A stretch of DNA of 64,000 bases from the NCBI GenBank assembly GCA_963810095.1, contig CAWEMM010000006.1, forward strand, positions 1,419,353-1,483,352. The letters run 5' to 3'. Every line of letters begins with the position of its first letter. Position 1 is the first letter of the stretch. Shown here one piece after another: positions 51,489-61,742 of this stretch. The notes below the pieces were generated by a model. That model made no database searches and had not been told where the DNA came from. It worked only from the letters and a program-made list of their open reading frames with translations. This stretch comes from an uncultured Chloroflexia bacterium (GTDB lineage: Bacteria; Chloroflexota; Anaerolineae; CG2-30-64-16). The position numbers and the translations under genes are program-made.

Positions 51489-52550
51489 TCCTCGCAAGCA
51501 GATAAAAATGCGGATAGTCGTCAACGGCTGGTTCTGGGACCGGATGACCGCCGGCAGCGGGCAGTACCTGGCCGCGCTCGGCAGCCGTCTTGCCGCGCGC
51601 CGGCTCGGCGCACGAGTTCATTCTGGCGCTGCCGGCGGCGCACGAAGGAGCCGGCGACGCTCGCTCGAGGGTGGCGCACCGTGCGGCGCGGGACGCCGTT
51701 CGACGCGGCTGCAGCGCAGAACCTGGCCAAGCTGTGGTTCGAGCAGGTCACGTTTCCCGAGCTTGTGCCGCCGTCTGGGGGCGGACGTGGGTTTCGTGCC
51801 CTACTGGGGCTCGCCCTGGGCGCGGCCCTGCCCGATGGTCGTCACGGTGCACGACCTGATCCCGCTGCTGCTGCCGCTGTACCGGGGCGGAAGGCTGCAG
51901 CGGATGTACACCGCGTCTCGTCGGCGCGTACGGCTCGGCGGGCCGCGGCGGTCGTGACGGATTCAGAGGCCAGCCGCCGGGACATCGTGGCCCATCTCCG
52001 CGTGCCGGCAGAACGCGTGCATGCGGTCTATCTGGCGGCGGGCCGGCTGCGAGCTGGGCGCGGACGCCGGACGAGCGCGGCCTTCGCGGCGCGCTTGAAC
52101 CTGCCCGGCGGGCCGTTTTTGCTGTACCTGGGCGGCTTTGACGCACGCAAGAATGTGCTGCGGACGCATCGAAGGCTATGCGAAGCTGGCTCGAGCGGCG
52201 TGGCCGCCGAGGGGGCCGAAGCGCCGGCTTCTGGTCGATTGCGGGCCGGCTGCCCGCGGTCGACTCGGACTTTGCGCCGGATCCGCGGCCGGTGGTCCGC
52301 TCGGCTCGGGCGTGGCGGACCGTGTTCATTTTGCCGGCTGGGTGGACGAGGCAGACAAGGCCGCGCTGTACCGGCATGGCAGCAGGCGTCCTGTTTCGTC
52401 AGCGAGTATGAGGGGTTTGGCCTGCCGGTGCTGGAAGCGATGGCCTGCGACCGGGAAAAGAGATCCACGAGACCTGGTAGGTTCAAGCAACCAGGTCACC
52501 AGCTGCGAGATTGGGGAGTCCTGGTGACTGAACCGTGCGAAGACTGAATC
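51489..52550 (+). pseudogene. GT4-family glycosyltransferase remnant with multiple frameshifts
   Basis: MRIVVNGWF N-terminus. C-terminal GT4 motifs (FVSEYEGFGLPVLEAMA) in other frames. Confidence 0.5.
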
Positions 52551-52559
52551 GCGCGGGCC

Positions 52560-53530
52560 CACAACATCCTGACGCGCACGTTCAGCCTGCGGCGCGACCA
52601 GAACCTGCTGATTTTCGCCGACGTCGCGTCGCTGGAAGTGGTGGAAGTGGTGGCGCGGGTGGCGCGCGAGCTCGGCATCAACGACGACCGCGTTTTTCGT
52701 GCCCGCGGGTGCTCCAGCTCGAGATGGGGCCTAACGAAAGCCTGCCGCTGCCTGCCGAGGCCGCGGTGCGTGAAGCCGACGCGATCCTGAGCTGCCTGTC
52801 CGACCAGCCAGAACACCTGCACTATCGGATGCGCGTGCTGCACGCCAGCTGGGGCCGGCGGGCGCAGGCTCGGCCCACGCGCCCGGCATGACGCTCGAGA
52901 TCGCTGCAGCACGCATCGACACCGACTACGCGGCGATCAGCCGAGCAGGCCCAGCTGCTGAGCCTCGCGCTGATCCTGGGCAAGCGGGTCGAGATCGTCA
53001 CGACGGACAGCCAGCGCCGCGAGCACCGGCTGAACGTGCGGGTCGGCGGCTGGGACTATCCGCCCGGCATCAACGACGGGACGATTCGCGAGGGCGCGTG
53101 GAGCAACCTGCCGCCCGGCGAAGTCTACATCGTGCCGCGCGATGGGGACGGCCAGATCGTCGTCAACGGCTCGATTCCCGGCAAGGTGCTGGGGCCGGCG
53201 GAGGAGCTGATCCTGACTTTCCGCGAGGGCCGGTTGGTCGACGTGGAGCCGGAGGATGTGCCCGCCGCGCGTCATCTGCACGAGACGCAGATCGCCTACG
53301 CGGAGCGCCGCGGCGACACCAACTGGTCGAACCTGGCCGAGGTCGGCTTCGGGCTGAATCCCGCGGTGCAAGACCTGACCGGCCTGGGCGATCGTGGACG
53401 AGAAGAAGGCGCACACGGTTCATGTCGCGGTTGGGCACAGCGCCGGGCTGGGCGGCGACGTAGATTCGGTCATCCACTGCGACATGATCGCCAAGAAGCC
53501 GACTGTCTACGTCAACGGCCGGCTCGATCA
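52560..53530 (+). pseudogene. aminopeptidase-like (M29/PepS-like, tentative) remnant with multiple frameshifts
   Basis: Segments IRVGGWDYPPGINDGTIREGAW and DEKKAHTVHVAVGHSAGLGGD lie in different frames. Confidence 0.4.
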
Positions 53531-53975
53531 TGAAGCGGGGCGACTGGCGCATCAACGAGGCGGACTGGCGGCTGGATCACCGCACGGTGACGGTGCCGGT
53601 CGGCTGGTGGGAAAGCATGGGGCAGATTGGCGCGGAGCGGCGCCGCGCACCGAGCGTGAGTCGGGCCGGCTGACATGCGTGTGGAATGCGGGCCGGGGCC
53701 GGTGGGACAGCGCGCCGGTTGGCGTGGAGCAGACGGCGCGCCTGGCCGCTCGCGGTGTACGACCTGCTGCCCGAGAACGGCGTCCCGGTGGGCAAGGCGC
53801 GCGTGGTCGCGCTGGCCGAGCAGGCCGGGCATCCCGTGCGAAGCGCTGCCGCGGCCTGTTCTGGATCATGCTTCAGTTCGACCTGGTCCGGATGTCGCGG
53901 CGCGGTGCCGAGCCAATGCCGACGTAGACCGGAGACGTCGAAGAACGAGGGGTCGTGGATAGCTGGGGAGAGCAT

Positions 53976-55530
53976 CATGACCGCAGTCAAGACCCCGTGG
54001 CGTCAATCGATGCCGGATTTCCTCCAGTTTCTGGATGGAACGCTGGGACACAAGGTCAAGCTCCACAAGGAAGTGCTCGGCTATGACCTGTATCTCGTCG
54101 ATCTTTCGGACTGGAAGCTGCGCTTCTCCGACCGCACGCCCTTGATCATCGTCAAGGAAGCGCGATCTGGCGTCGATGAGTGCCCGCGAGCTCGCGCAGA
54201 GCCTCGCCGAGGTGGTCCGCGGCCAGTCGCTGGCAGAGCGCAACCCCATCGTCGTCGTGCAGGGACCCGGCAGAGCGAACTCAAGGAGCAGCTGCACGCC
54301 GACGTACCAGCCGCTGCTGGTGCTGGACGAGGCGGACGTGCAGGCCGTGCGCGAGTCGCGGCGGCCCTCGGGCGAATTGCTCGACCGGCTCGCGCCGCAG
54401 CTCGACCTGTCGCTCCTGACGCCCTACGAGACGAGCAAGCCCGTCACCGGCTCGCGCTTCTTCGGCCGGGAGTTCGAGGTGCGCCGCATCCTGCAGACGC
54501 GGCGACAGCAATTTCGCCATTATGGGCATCCGGCGCATCGGCAAGACGTCGCTGATGCGCGAGATCGAGCGCCAGCTGAAGGAGCAGGCGCAGGAGGCCG
54601 AGAGCGAAGAGACGCTGGAGCGCATCATCTTTATGGATTGCAGCGCCATCGCGTCGCCCGAACAACTTCATCCAGGAAGTCGTGCGCAAGCTGCGGCCGC
54701 AGGAGCTGACGCGGCTGTCGTCCAAGCAGTACCCGATCTTCTTCCCCGATTTCCTCGAGCGGATGGCGCAGCGCTACGGCGGCCCGATCATGTTCTTCCT
54801 CGACGAGTTCGACAAGGTGCTTACCTGGCACTACGAGGACGACTCGCTGCTCAACGCGCTGCGGGCGTCGAGCAACCAGGGTCACTCGCGCTATATCGTC
54901 GGCGGCTTCCGCGATGTGATGCGTGCGTTCAGCGACCTGGAATCGCCCCTGTACAACTTCGCGCGGCCCATCCGCCTCAAGGAGTTCAGCCGGGAGCAGG
55001 CCGCGGCGATGATTCTCGGCCCGCTGGAGAAGTTGGGCGTGCAGTTCGAGCGCCGCAACGACGTGGTCAACCGCATCTTCGACGAGACCGCCGGCCAGCC
55101 GAACCTGATCCAGTTCTACTGCAGCATCCTGGTCGAGCGGCTGGACCGCGAGGGCAGCCGGCGCATCGCATCGCTCGCCCGAGAGCCTGTTCGACGTCTA
55201 CGGCAACGACGATTTCCGCGCGTTCGTGCTCAGCACCTTCATGGATAACACGACGCACCTGGAGAAGGCGATCGTGTTTGCGGTGATGGCGGACCTGGGC
55301 GCGGAGCATCCATTCGGCGTCCAGCAGATCGACGGCGCGCTCGAACGTCGCGGGCGTCGAAATCCCGCTGTCCGACCTGGACCTTGCCTGCCGCAACCTG
55401 GAGCTTGGCGGGCACCTTCACCTCGCGCGGGCCGATGTTCCGCTTCGCGACGCCGGTTTTCCCGCGCATGCTGAGCGAGAACTACGACGTAGACTACCTG
55501 TTCCGCAAAGTGCTGCAAGAGGGCATCTGA
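53976..55530 (+). pseudogene. STAND/AAA-type ATPase (PF01637-like) with N-terminal domain; many frameshifts
   Basis: FFGREFEVRRIL, IGKTSLMREIE, FFLDEFDKVL and later segments are scattered over at least 6 frames. Confidence 0.5.
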
Positions 55531-55539
55531 CAATGAGCG

Positions 55540-58386
55540 CTAGCATCGAAGCCTGGCGGATCGTTCCCTACGAAGGAGGCGCATCGCCCGTTCAAGAAGG
55601 TGCGGGTGCGCGACGAGGCCGCGGGTGCGCGCGGTCGTGCGGCACCTGATGAACGACGAGTGCGTCGCCTTGCTCGGTCCGCCCATGAGCGAGAAGAGCC
55701 ACCTGCTGCGGGACGTGGCGGAGGCGCTGGAGCAGGGCGGTCGCTTCCGGCCGCTGCATATCGACTTGTGGCGCACACGATCGAACGATGAGGCCGCCTT
55801 CTTCACCAGCCTTGCCGAGTCTGCTGGCCGACGAGCTGCGGGACGCCGGCGCCGCGAGTCCCGACGAGCCGGCCGAGCACGCGCGGTTCCAGGGTTATCT
55901 CGCCGCTTGCGAATGCGAGCGGCCGCAGCCTTGCGCTGCTGATCGATCACCTGCAGGCGCTGCCGCACGACCTCGTCCACAGCCTGCTGCGTCGCCCTGC
56001 GCGCGGCCTACATGGAGCGCGAGGCCGACGCGCCGCACAGCCTGGTCGCGGTGGTCACCGGCGGCATCAACCTCGTCGGTCTGTCCGTCCGGCCCGACCT
56101 CGCCGTTCAACATCGCCAAACCCGTGGTCGCGACACCGCTGACCCTCGAACAGAGCCGCGCGCTGGCCGAGGCGACGCTCAAGCGCTGGAGTGCTCGGCA
56201 TCCGCCAACGGCATGGACCGCTTGCTGAGCCTGGGCGCAGGCGACCGGTACCTGATTCCGCGGCTCTGCGCCGACAGCTCCGAACTGGTCAGCTTGCACC
56301 GCCTGCACCGCGTGACGTCGGCCATTGCGGATCGCGCCGGCGCGGGCGCTCGTCGCCCGCGGACGCGGCCGCCGCCCGTTCGCGCCGCCATCCGCATGAT
56401 CGAGGAAGACCCGGACACGGTGCTGGACGTGCTGCACCTGCTCGACCACGGCTCGCTGCCGCGCTCACGCTCGCGCCAGATGCCGACGCGCACCGGCACG
56501 GACCGGCTGCAGCTCTCGGGCGCGGTGGTCCTGGTCGGATGGGTGCTACGGCTTTATGAACGAGGCGTACCGCGAGGCGTTGGCCGCGCACTTCACCACC
56601 GACCGGGTCGGGCACATGTTGCGGATTGCCGGGCCGGTGGAGCGAGGCGATCGCCTATCTCGCGCCGCAGCGGGCGCGCGTCGCGCGTCCGCAGCTGCTC
56701 GAAGCCATCGTCCAGATCGATCTATGCGAGCTGACTCGTCCGAACAGGCGTATCGGGCTGCTGGCCGACGGCCTGCGGCTCGGCTTCGGCCTGTCGGACA
56801 TCGGCATCTACTGCGGCGCTGCCGGCCGACTGCTCAGCTCGACCGCGTCTATCCGCCCAAGGACGGCGGCCCGAGGAGCACGTCGACCTGCGCGATCCCG
56901 GGTGCGTCGAGGCCCAGACCTTCAACCTGGGCAACTATGCGCTGCGCGGCACCGCGGATGAGGCGCGCCTGGTCGTCGCGCTGGCATCGGCCAGCCGGCC
57001 GCTCGGCGTCGTGACGATCGAACGCTATGTGCAGAACCGCGATCCGCACGAGCTGCCCGACGAACTGCCCGACCTGCTGCGTTTCCTGCAGCACGCAGTC
57101 CGGGGCGCTGGAAAACGTCATCACTCGGGCTGCCTACCGCGCCATCGGACAGGCCGTGCTGGATGCCAAGGCCATGCAGCCGACCGTGGAGCGGGTGCTC
57201 GAGACGGTAGCGGAGGCGCTTGGGCTGCGACTACGGCGCCCTGTATCTGCGGGATGAGACCGCCGCCAGCTGGAGATGGCCGCAGCAGTCGGCAGGGTGG
57301 TGACGGAGGAGTGGCAGGCGCAGGCGCGCTTTCCCCTCGACGGCCGACACCCCGCGGTCACCGCGCTGCTGGAGGGGCGGATGTTGACGGCGCGAGGGGG
57401 CGAGGACGCAGAGGACCGCGTGCTGCACGACCGTTTCGGCCTGCACCGCTACCTGCGCGTCTTCCTGCCTCTGCTCGCCGGCGGCGAACAGCTCGGCACG
57501 CTCGAACTGGGCTACGCGAGCCGGCCGCATGCGCATGTCGGATGAGCTACAAGCGGACGCTGGTCGAGTTCGCCGACCAGGTGGCGATCGCGGTGCATAA
57601 CATGCTGCTGCTGCGGCGGACGGACGAGGCGCTGGCACGCGCAAGCTGGCCGAGCTTGTCGGTGGGCCGCGAGATTCAGCTCAGCCTGCTGCCGAAGGTC
57701 ACGCCGACCGTTCCCGGCTGGCAGTTCGCGGCCATGTACGAGGCCGCCCGCACCGTCGGCGGCGACTTCTACGACTTCTGCGAATTGCCGGGTCCGCCCG
57801 CATCGGCTGGGCGTCGTCATTGCCGATGTGGCGGACAAGGGCGTGCCGGCCGCGCTGTTCATGGCGGTCAGCCGGACGATCATTCGCAGCGTCGCGCTTC
57901 ACCGGCCGCGGCCCGGCCGTCTGCCCTGATGCGAGCGAACCAACTGATTCTCGCCGACAGCCAGGCCGACCTGTTCCTGAGCGCGATCTACCTGGTGCTC
58001 GAGACCGACAACGGGCGCGGATTTCGTTCAGCAACGCGGGGCACAACCGGCCGCTGCTGGTACCGCGCTGCGGACCGCGCAGCTCACGCGAGCTGACCCA
58101 GCGCGGCATCATCCTGGGCGCGTTCGACGAGATCACGCTGCAGGACGACACGGCTGGACCTGGCCGCCGGCGACGTGCTGGTGCTGTACACGGACGGCGT
58201 CACGGACGCGCTCAACGCGGACGGGCGAGGAGTTCGGCGAGCAGCGCCTGTTCGACGTGGTGCGGGGCAGCGCCGCACGGCAGCGCGCAGGAGATCCTGT
58301 GGGCGATCACGGGCGCGCTGGCGGGCTTCATCGGCGACACGGAGCAGGCGGACGACGTGACCTGCGTCGTGATCAAGAAGGACTAG
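55540..58386 (+). pseudogene. multidomain signalling protein (P-loop NTPase - GAF - PP2C/SpoIIE phosphatase); many frameshifts
   Basis: ALLGPPMSEKSHLL P-loop region. GAF segment. PP2C motifs [45 protein letters not shown]. All are in different frames. Confidence 0.5.
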
Positions 58387-58389
58387 GCC

Positions 58390-58476
58390 TTTGTTTGTTG
58401 GGGCCCGGATGACCCTCAACACCTGGTTGCATGGGCCGCCTTGCTGTTGGGGGCCGTCGGGCCCCCAACGCCCCCG
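58390..58476 (+). repeat. GC-rich repeat element, copy D left part (interrupted by the IS481 insertion)
   Basis: TTGTTGGGGCCCGG...TTGCTGTTGGGGGCCGTCGGGCCCCCAACGCCCCCG ends exactly at the IS terminus. Confidence 0.55.
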
Positions 58477-58562
58477 TGTATAGACCGGGGACATAGTAGA
58501 CAGTCGTTCGGAGACATGGTAGACGCTAGAATGGGAATAACTGCCACCGGAAGGAGGCTGAT

Positions 58563-59705
58563 ATGCCCTGGCGAGAGGCAAATGCCATGTCCTTACGACT
58601 TGATTTCGTGACCCGAGCTGGTCACGAAGCTGCTAACGTGCGGGCCCTGTGCCGCGAGTTCGGTATCAGCCCGAACACTGCGTACAAGTGGCTTGTGCGC
58701 TACCAGGCGGCGGGGCCCGCGGGGCTGGCCGATCGCTCACGGCGCCCGAACGCAGTCCGAGCCGACACGCCGCCCGGCCGCGAACAGTTGGTGCTGGCGA
58801 CGCGCCAGGCCCACCCGGCCTGGGGCGGCCGCAAGCTCAAGGCCTACCTGGAGCAGGCCGGCTATGCGGACGTGCCGGCAGCTTCCACCATCACAGCCAT
58901 TCTGCGCCGGCACGGGGCGCTGGATGACCAGGAGGGCGCTCAGCATCGCGCCTTTCAGCGTTTCGAACGTGAGGCGCCCAACGAGCTGTGGCAGATGGAC
59001 TTCAAGGGCCATTTTGCGCTCGGGGATGGTACGCGCTGCGACCCCTTGACGGTCCTCGACGACCATGCGCGCTTCCTGTTGGCGCTGGACGCCTGTGCCG
59101 ACGAGACCCGCCGCACGGTGCAGGCCGCGCTGACCGGCGTCTTCGAGCGCTACGGCTTGCCCGAGCGCATCCTGTGCGATCATGGGCCACCGTGGGGCGC
59201 CCCCAATGCCGGCGACGTGTACACGACGTTGAGTGCGTGGCTCTTGCGGCTGGGCATCGGGGTCGTGCACGGGCGGCCCAAGCATCCGCAGACGCAAGGC
59301 AAGGACGAGCGATTGCATCGCACGTTGCGGGCCGAGTTGCTGCGCCGGCAGACGTTCGCCGATCTGCCGGCCTGTCAGCCCGCCTTCGATACCTGGCGGC
59401 AGATGTATAATGAACAGCGCCCGCATGAGGCGCTAGCCATGCAGGTGCCGGCGGCCCGCTATCGGCCCAGCCCGCGCCCGTGGCCCGCCCGCCTGCCCGC
59501 GATCGAGTATCCGGCCAGCGACCGAGTGCGCCGGGTGCAAGATAAGGGCCAGATCAAAGTCGGCGGCCACGAGTTTCGCATCGGCAAAGCCTTCATCGGC
59601 TACCCGGTGGGCCTCCGGCCCACGAACCAGGACGGCTGCTATGACGTTTACTTCTGCGCCCAGCGCATTGGCCAAATTCAACTATCCGCCGGGCAACGGA
59701 TTTAG
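58563..59705 (+). CDS. IS481-family transposase (DDE integrase core), intact
   Basis: 380 aa. HTH N-terminus and rve core (WQMDFKGHF...LCDHGPPW...NEQRPHEAL). Confidence 0.9.
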   Translation: MPWREANAMSLRLDFVTRAGHEAANVRALCREFGISPNTAYKWLVRYQAAGPAGLADRSRRPNAVRADTPPGREQLVLATRQAHPAWGGRKLKAYLEQAGYADVPAASTITAILRRHGALDDQEGAQHRAFQRFEREAPNELWQMDFKGHFALGDGTRCDPLTVLDDHARFLLALDACADETRRTVQAALTGVFERYGLPERILCDHGPPWGAPNAGDVYTTLSAWLLRLGIGVVHGRPKHPQTQGKDERLHRTLRAELLRRQTFADLPACQPAFDTWRQMYNEQRPHEALAMQVPAARYRPSPRPWPARLPAIEYPASDRVRRVQDKGQIKVGGHEFRIGKAFIGYPVGLRPTNQDGCYDVYFCAQRIGQIQLSAGQRI

Positions 59706-59804
59706 CTCAGCCTGTGGGTAAGGGGCTGTCCGAAAAGTAATCGGGCGGCCCCTTTTTTGCGTGCTTTTCTCGCGTTCTTTAAGGATTCATGGTTTAATGG
59801 GGGC

Positions 59805-61402
59805 ATGAAACGCAAACCTGCTGCCCCCGTCTTCAAGCCCTACACGATGGCTCAGCCGCAGTTGCTGCCGCCGAGCCTGGATGAGTTGATCGAGCCGGAC
59901 CACCTGGTGCGGGTGGTAAATGCGGCGATCGACCAGTTGGATTTGCGGCCGCTGCTGGCGCAGTACCCCGGCGGCGGGACGTCCAGCTATCATCCGCAGA
60001 TGCTGCTGAAGGTGTTGGTGTACGCCTATTGCAGCAAGATCTACTCGTCGCGGCGGATTGCGGCGGCGCTGCGGGAGAACATTCACTTCATGTGGTTGAG
60101 TGGCGGGAACCGGCCGGACTTTCGCACGATCAACGACTTTCGCGGGCAGCGGATGAAGGGCGTGATCGACGCGGTGTTCGCCGAGGTGCTGCAGTACCTG
60201 GTCGAGGCGGGGTACGTGCAGTTGGAGCACTACTTCGTCGACGGGACGAAGATCGCCGCCGATGCGAACCAGCACAAGGTGGTGTGGGCCAAGCGCACGG
60301 CGCGTTACCAGCAGCGGGTGCGGGAGCAGATCGCGTGAGTTGCTGCGGCAGATCGAGCAGGTGAATGCTGACGAGCAGGCCGAGTACGGCGATGCCGATC
60401 TGGAAGAGCGGGGCCGGCGGTGGGGGTGGCGAGATCGACTCGGACGCAACTCAAGGAGCGCATCGACCAACTCAACCAGCGGCTCCGCGAGCGTCAGCAC
60501 CCCAAGCCCGAAGCCCAGGCAGCCGAGAAGGCGCTGAAGAAACTGGCGACGGATTGTCTGCCGCGGTTGGAGAAGTACGAGCAGCAGACCGCGACGCTGG
60601 CGGGGCGGTCGAGCTATGCCCAGACCGACCCGGACGCCACGTGCATGCGGATGAAGGAAGACCGCGGCGCCGAGCGGCCCTGGCCCAAGCCGGCCTACAA
60701 CGTGCAGGTGGGCACGGAAGGGCAATTCATCGTCGGGTTCAGCGTGCACGACCAGGCGGGCGACACCGGGTGCCTGATCCCGCATCTGGAGCAGGTGCGC
60801 CAGAACACCGGCGGCCGCTTACCGCAGAACGTGGTGGCGGATGCGGGGTACGGCAGCGAAGAGAACTACGCCTATCTGGAACAGCAGCAGGTGGGCAACT
60901 ACCTCAAGTACAACACCTTCTACCAGGACACGCATCATTACCGCGACCCGGCCGTGCTGCGGGCGCACCAGTTCCGGGCCGAGAACTTCGCCTACGACGC
61001 GGCCACCGACACCTTCGTCTGCCCGGCCGGCCAGCGGCTGCACTTCCAGTACACCACCCGCTACACCAGCGACAACGGCTACCTGAGCGACCGCCGCATC
61101 TACGAATGCTTCGCGTGTGCCGACTGCCCGCTGCGCAGCCAGTGCACCCGGGCCAAAGGCAACCGCCAGATTCGCATCAGTTTCCGCTTGCTCGCCTACC
61201 GCAAGCAAGCCCGCGACAACCTGACCAGCGCCGACAGGTGAGCGCTTACGCGCCGCGCGCTCCGTCGAGGTGGAAACCGTCTTCGGGCATATCAAACAGA
61301 ATATGGGCTTCCGGAGATTTCACTTACGCGGGCGGGCGAAAGTGAAGACCGAATGGGGGCTCGTGAGCATCGCTCACAACCTGAAGAAGGTGGCGGCCGC
61401 AT
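59805..61402 (+). pseudogene. IS1182-family transposase split over three frames
   Basis: N-terminal part in ORF 59757..60338, middle in 60420..61241, C-terminal tail (RRAVEVETVFGHIKQNMGFRRFHLRG...) to 61402. Confidence 0.7.
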
Positions 61403-61417
61403 AGGCCGCTTTTTTTC
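61393..61417 (+). terminator. intrinsic terminator (GCGGCC-GCATA-GGCCGC + T7) at the IS1182 transposase 3' end
   Basis: Read directly. Confidence 0.5.
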
Positions 61418-61602
61418 TCCGCTTTCCGCGAGCTCCAACTCATCTCCCGCTGACTCCGAATCGGCACAAGAAAGGGGCTGCCTGGATGTTCTTTCCAGAC
61501 AGCCCCTTACCCACAGGCCCGACGCGACGACACCATTCTTTAAGGTGTTCAGGTGTCTACGATGTCCCCGAACACCTGTCTACGATGTATTCGGTCCATA
61601 CA

Positions 61603-61740
61603 CCCCGACGAAGGGCTGCGCCGCTTCGACCCCCTAATTTGCTCGGGCAGCACCGCATCCGCCGTCTAACGCGCACGGCTGCCGGCCGGGACGGGGCCGA
61701 CAGTGGCAGGCTTGCACGAACCGACGCGATGGAAAATGTA
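61603..61740 (+). repeat. GC-rich repeat element, copy D right part (after the IS481 insertion)
   Basis: ACGAAGGGCTGCGCCGCTTCGACCCCCTAATTTGC... continues the module-1 consensus, followed by the CTTGCACGA spacer motif. Confidence 0.5.
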
Positions 61741-61742
61741 CG

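Larger units (their letters stand above)
59710..61518 (+). mobile_element. IS1182-family insertion sequence (about 1.8 kb) inserted 4 nt after the IS481 transposase stop; about 45-nt imperfect TIRs each containing an AAGGGGC/GCCCCTT hairpin
   Basis: The left-end sequence GCCTGTGGGTAAGGGGCTGTC at 59710 matches the reverse complement of 61498-61518. Confidence 0.7.
58477..61602 (+). mobile_element. IS481-family insertion sequence (about 1.3 kb of own sequence) carrying a nested IS1182-family element; 5-bp TSD CCCCG
   Basis: Imperfect terminal inverted repeats TGTATAGACCGGGGACATAGTAGACAG... (58477-58526) and ...CTGTCTACGATGTATTCGGTCCATACA (61553-61602). The flanking CCCCG is duplicated at 58472-76 and 61603-07. 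Confidence 0.75.

Noticed and set aside
58563-59705. The 380-aa integrase-core protein as a standalone phage integrase, or as part of the decayed upstream block.
   Set aside because: It is bounded by matching terminal inverted repeats and a 5-bp target-site duplication, so it is the transposase of an IS481-family element.
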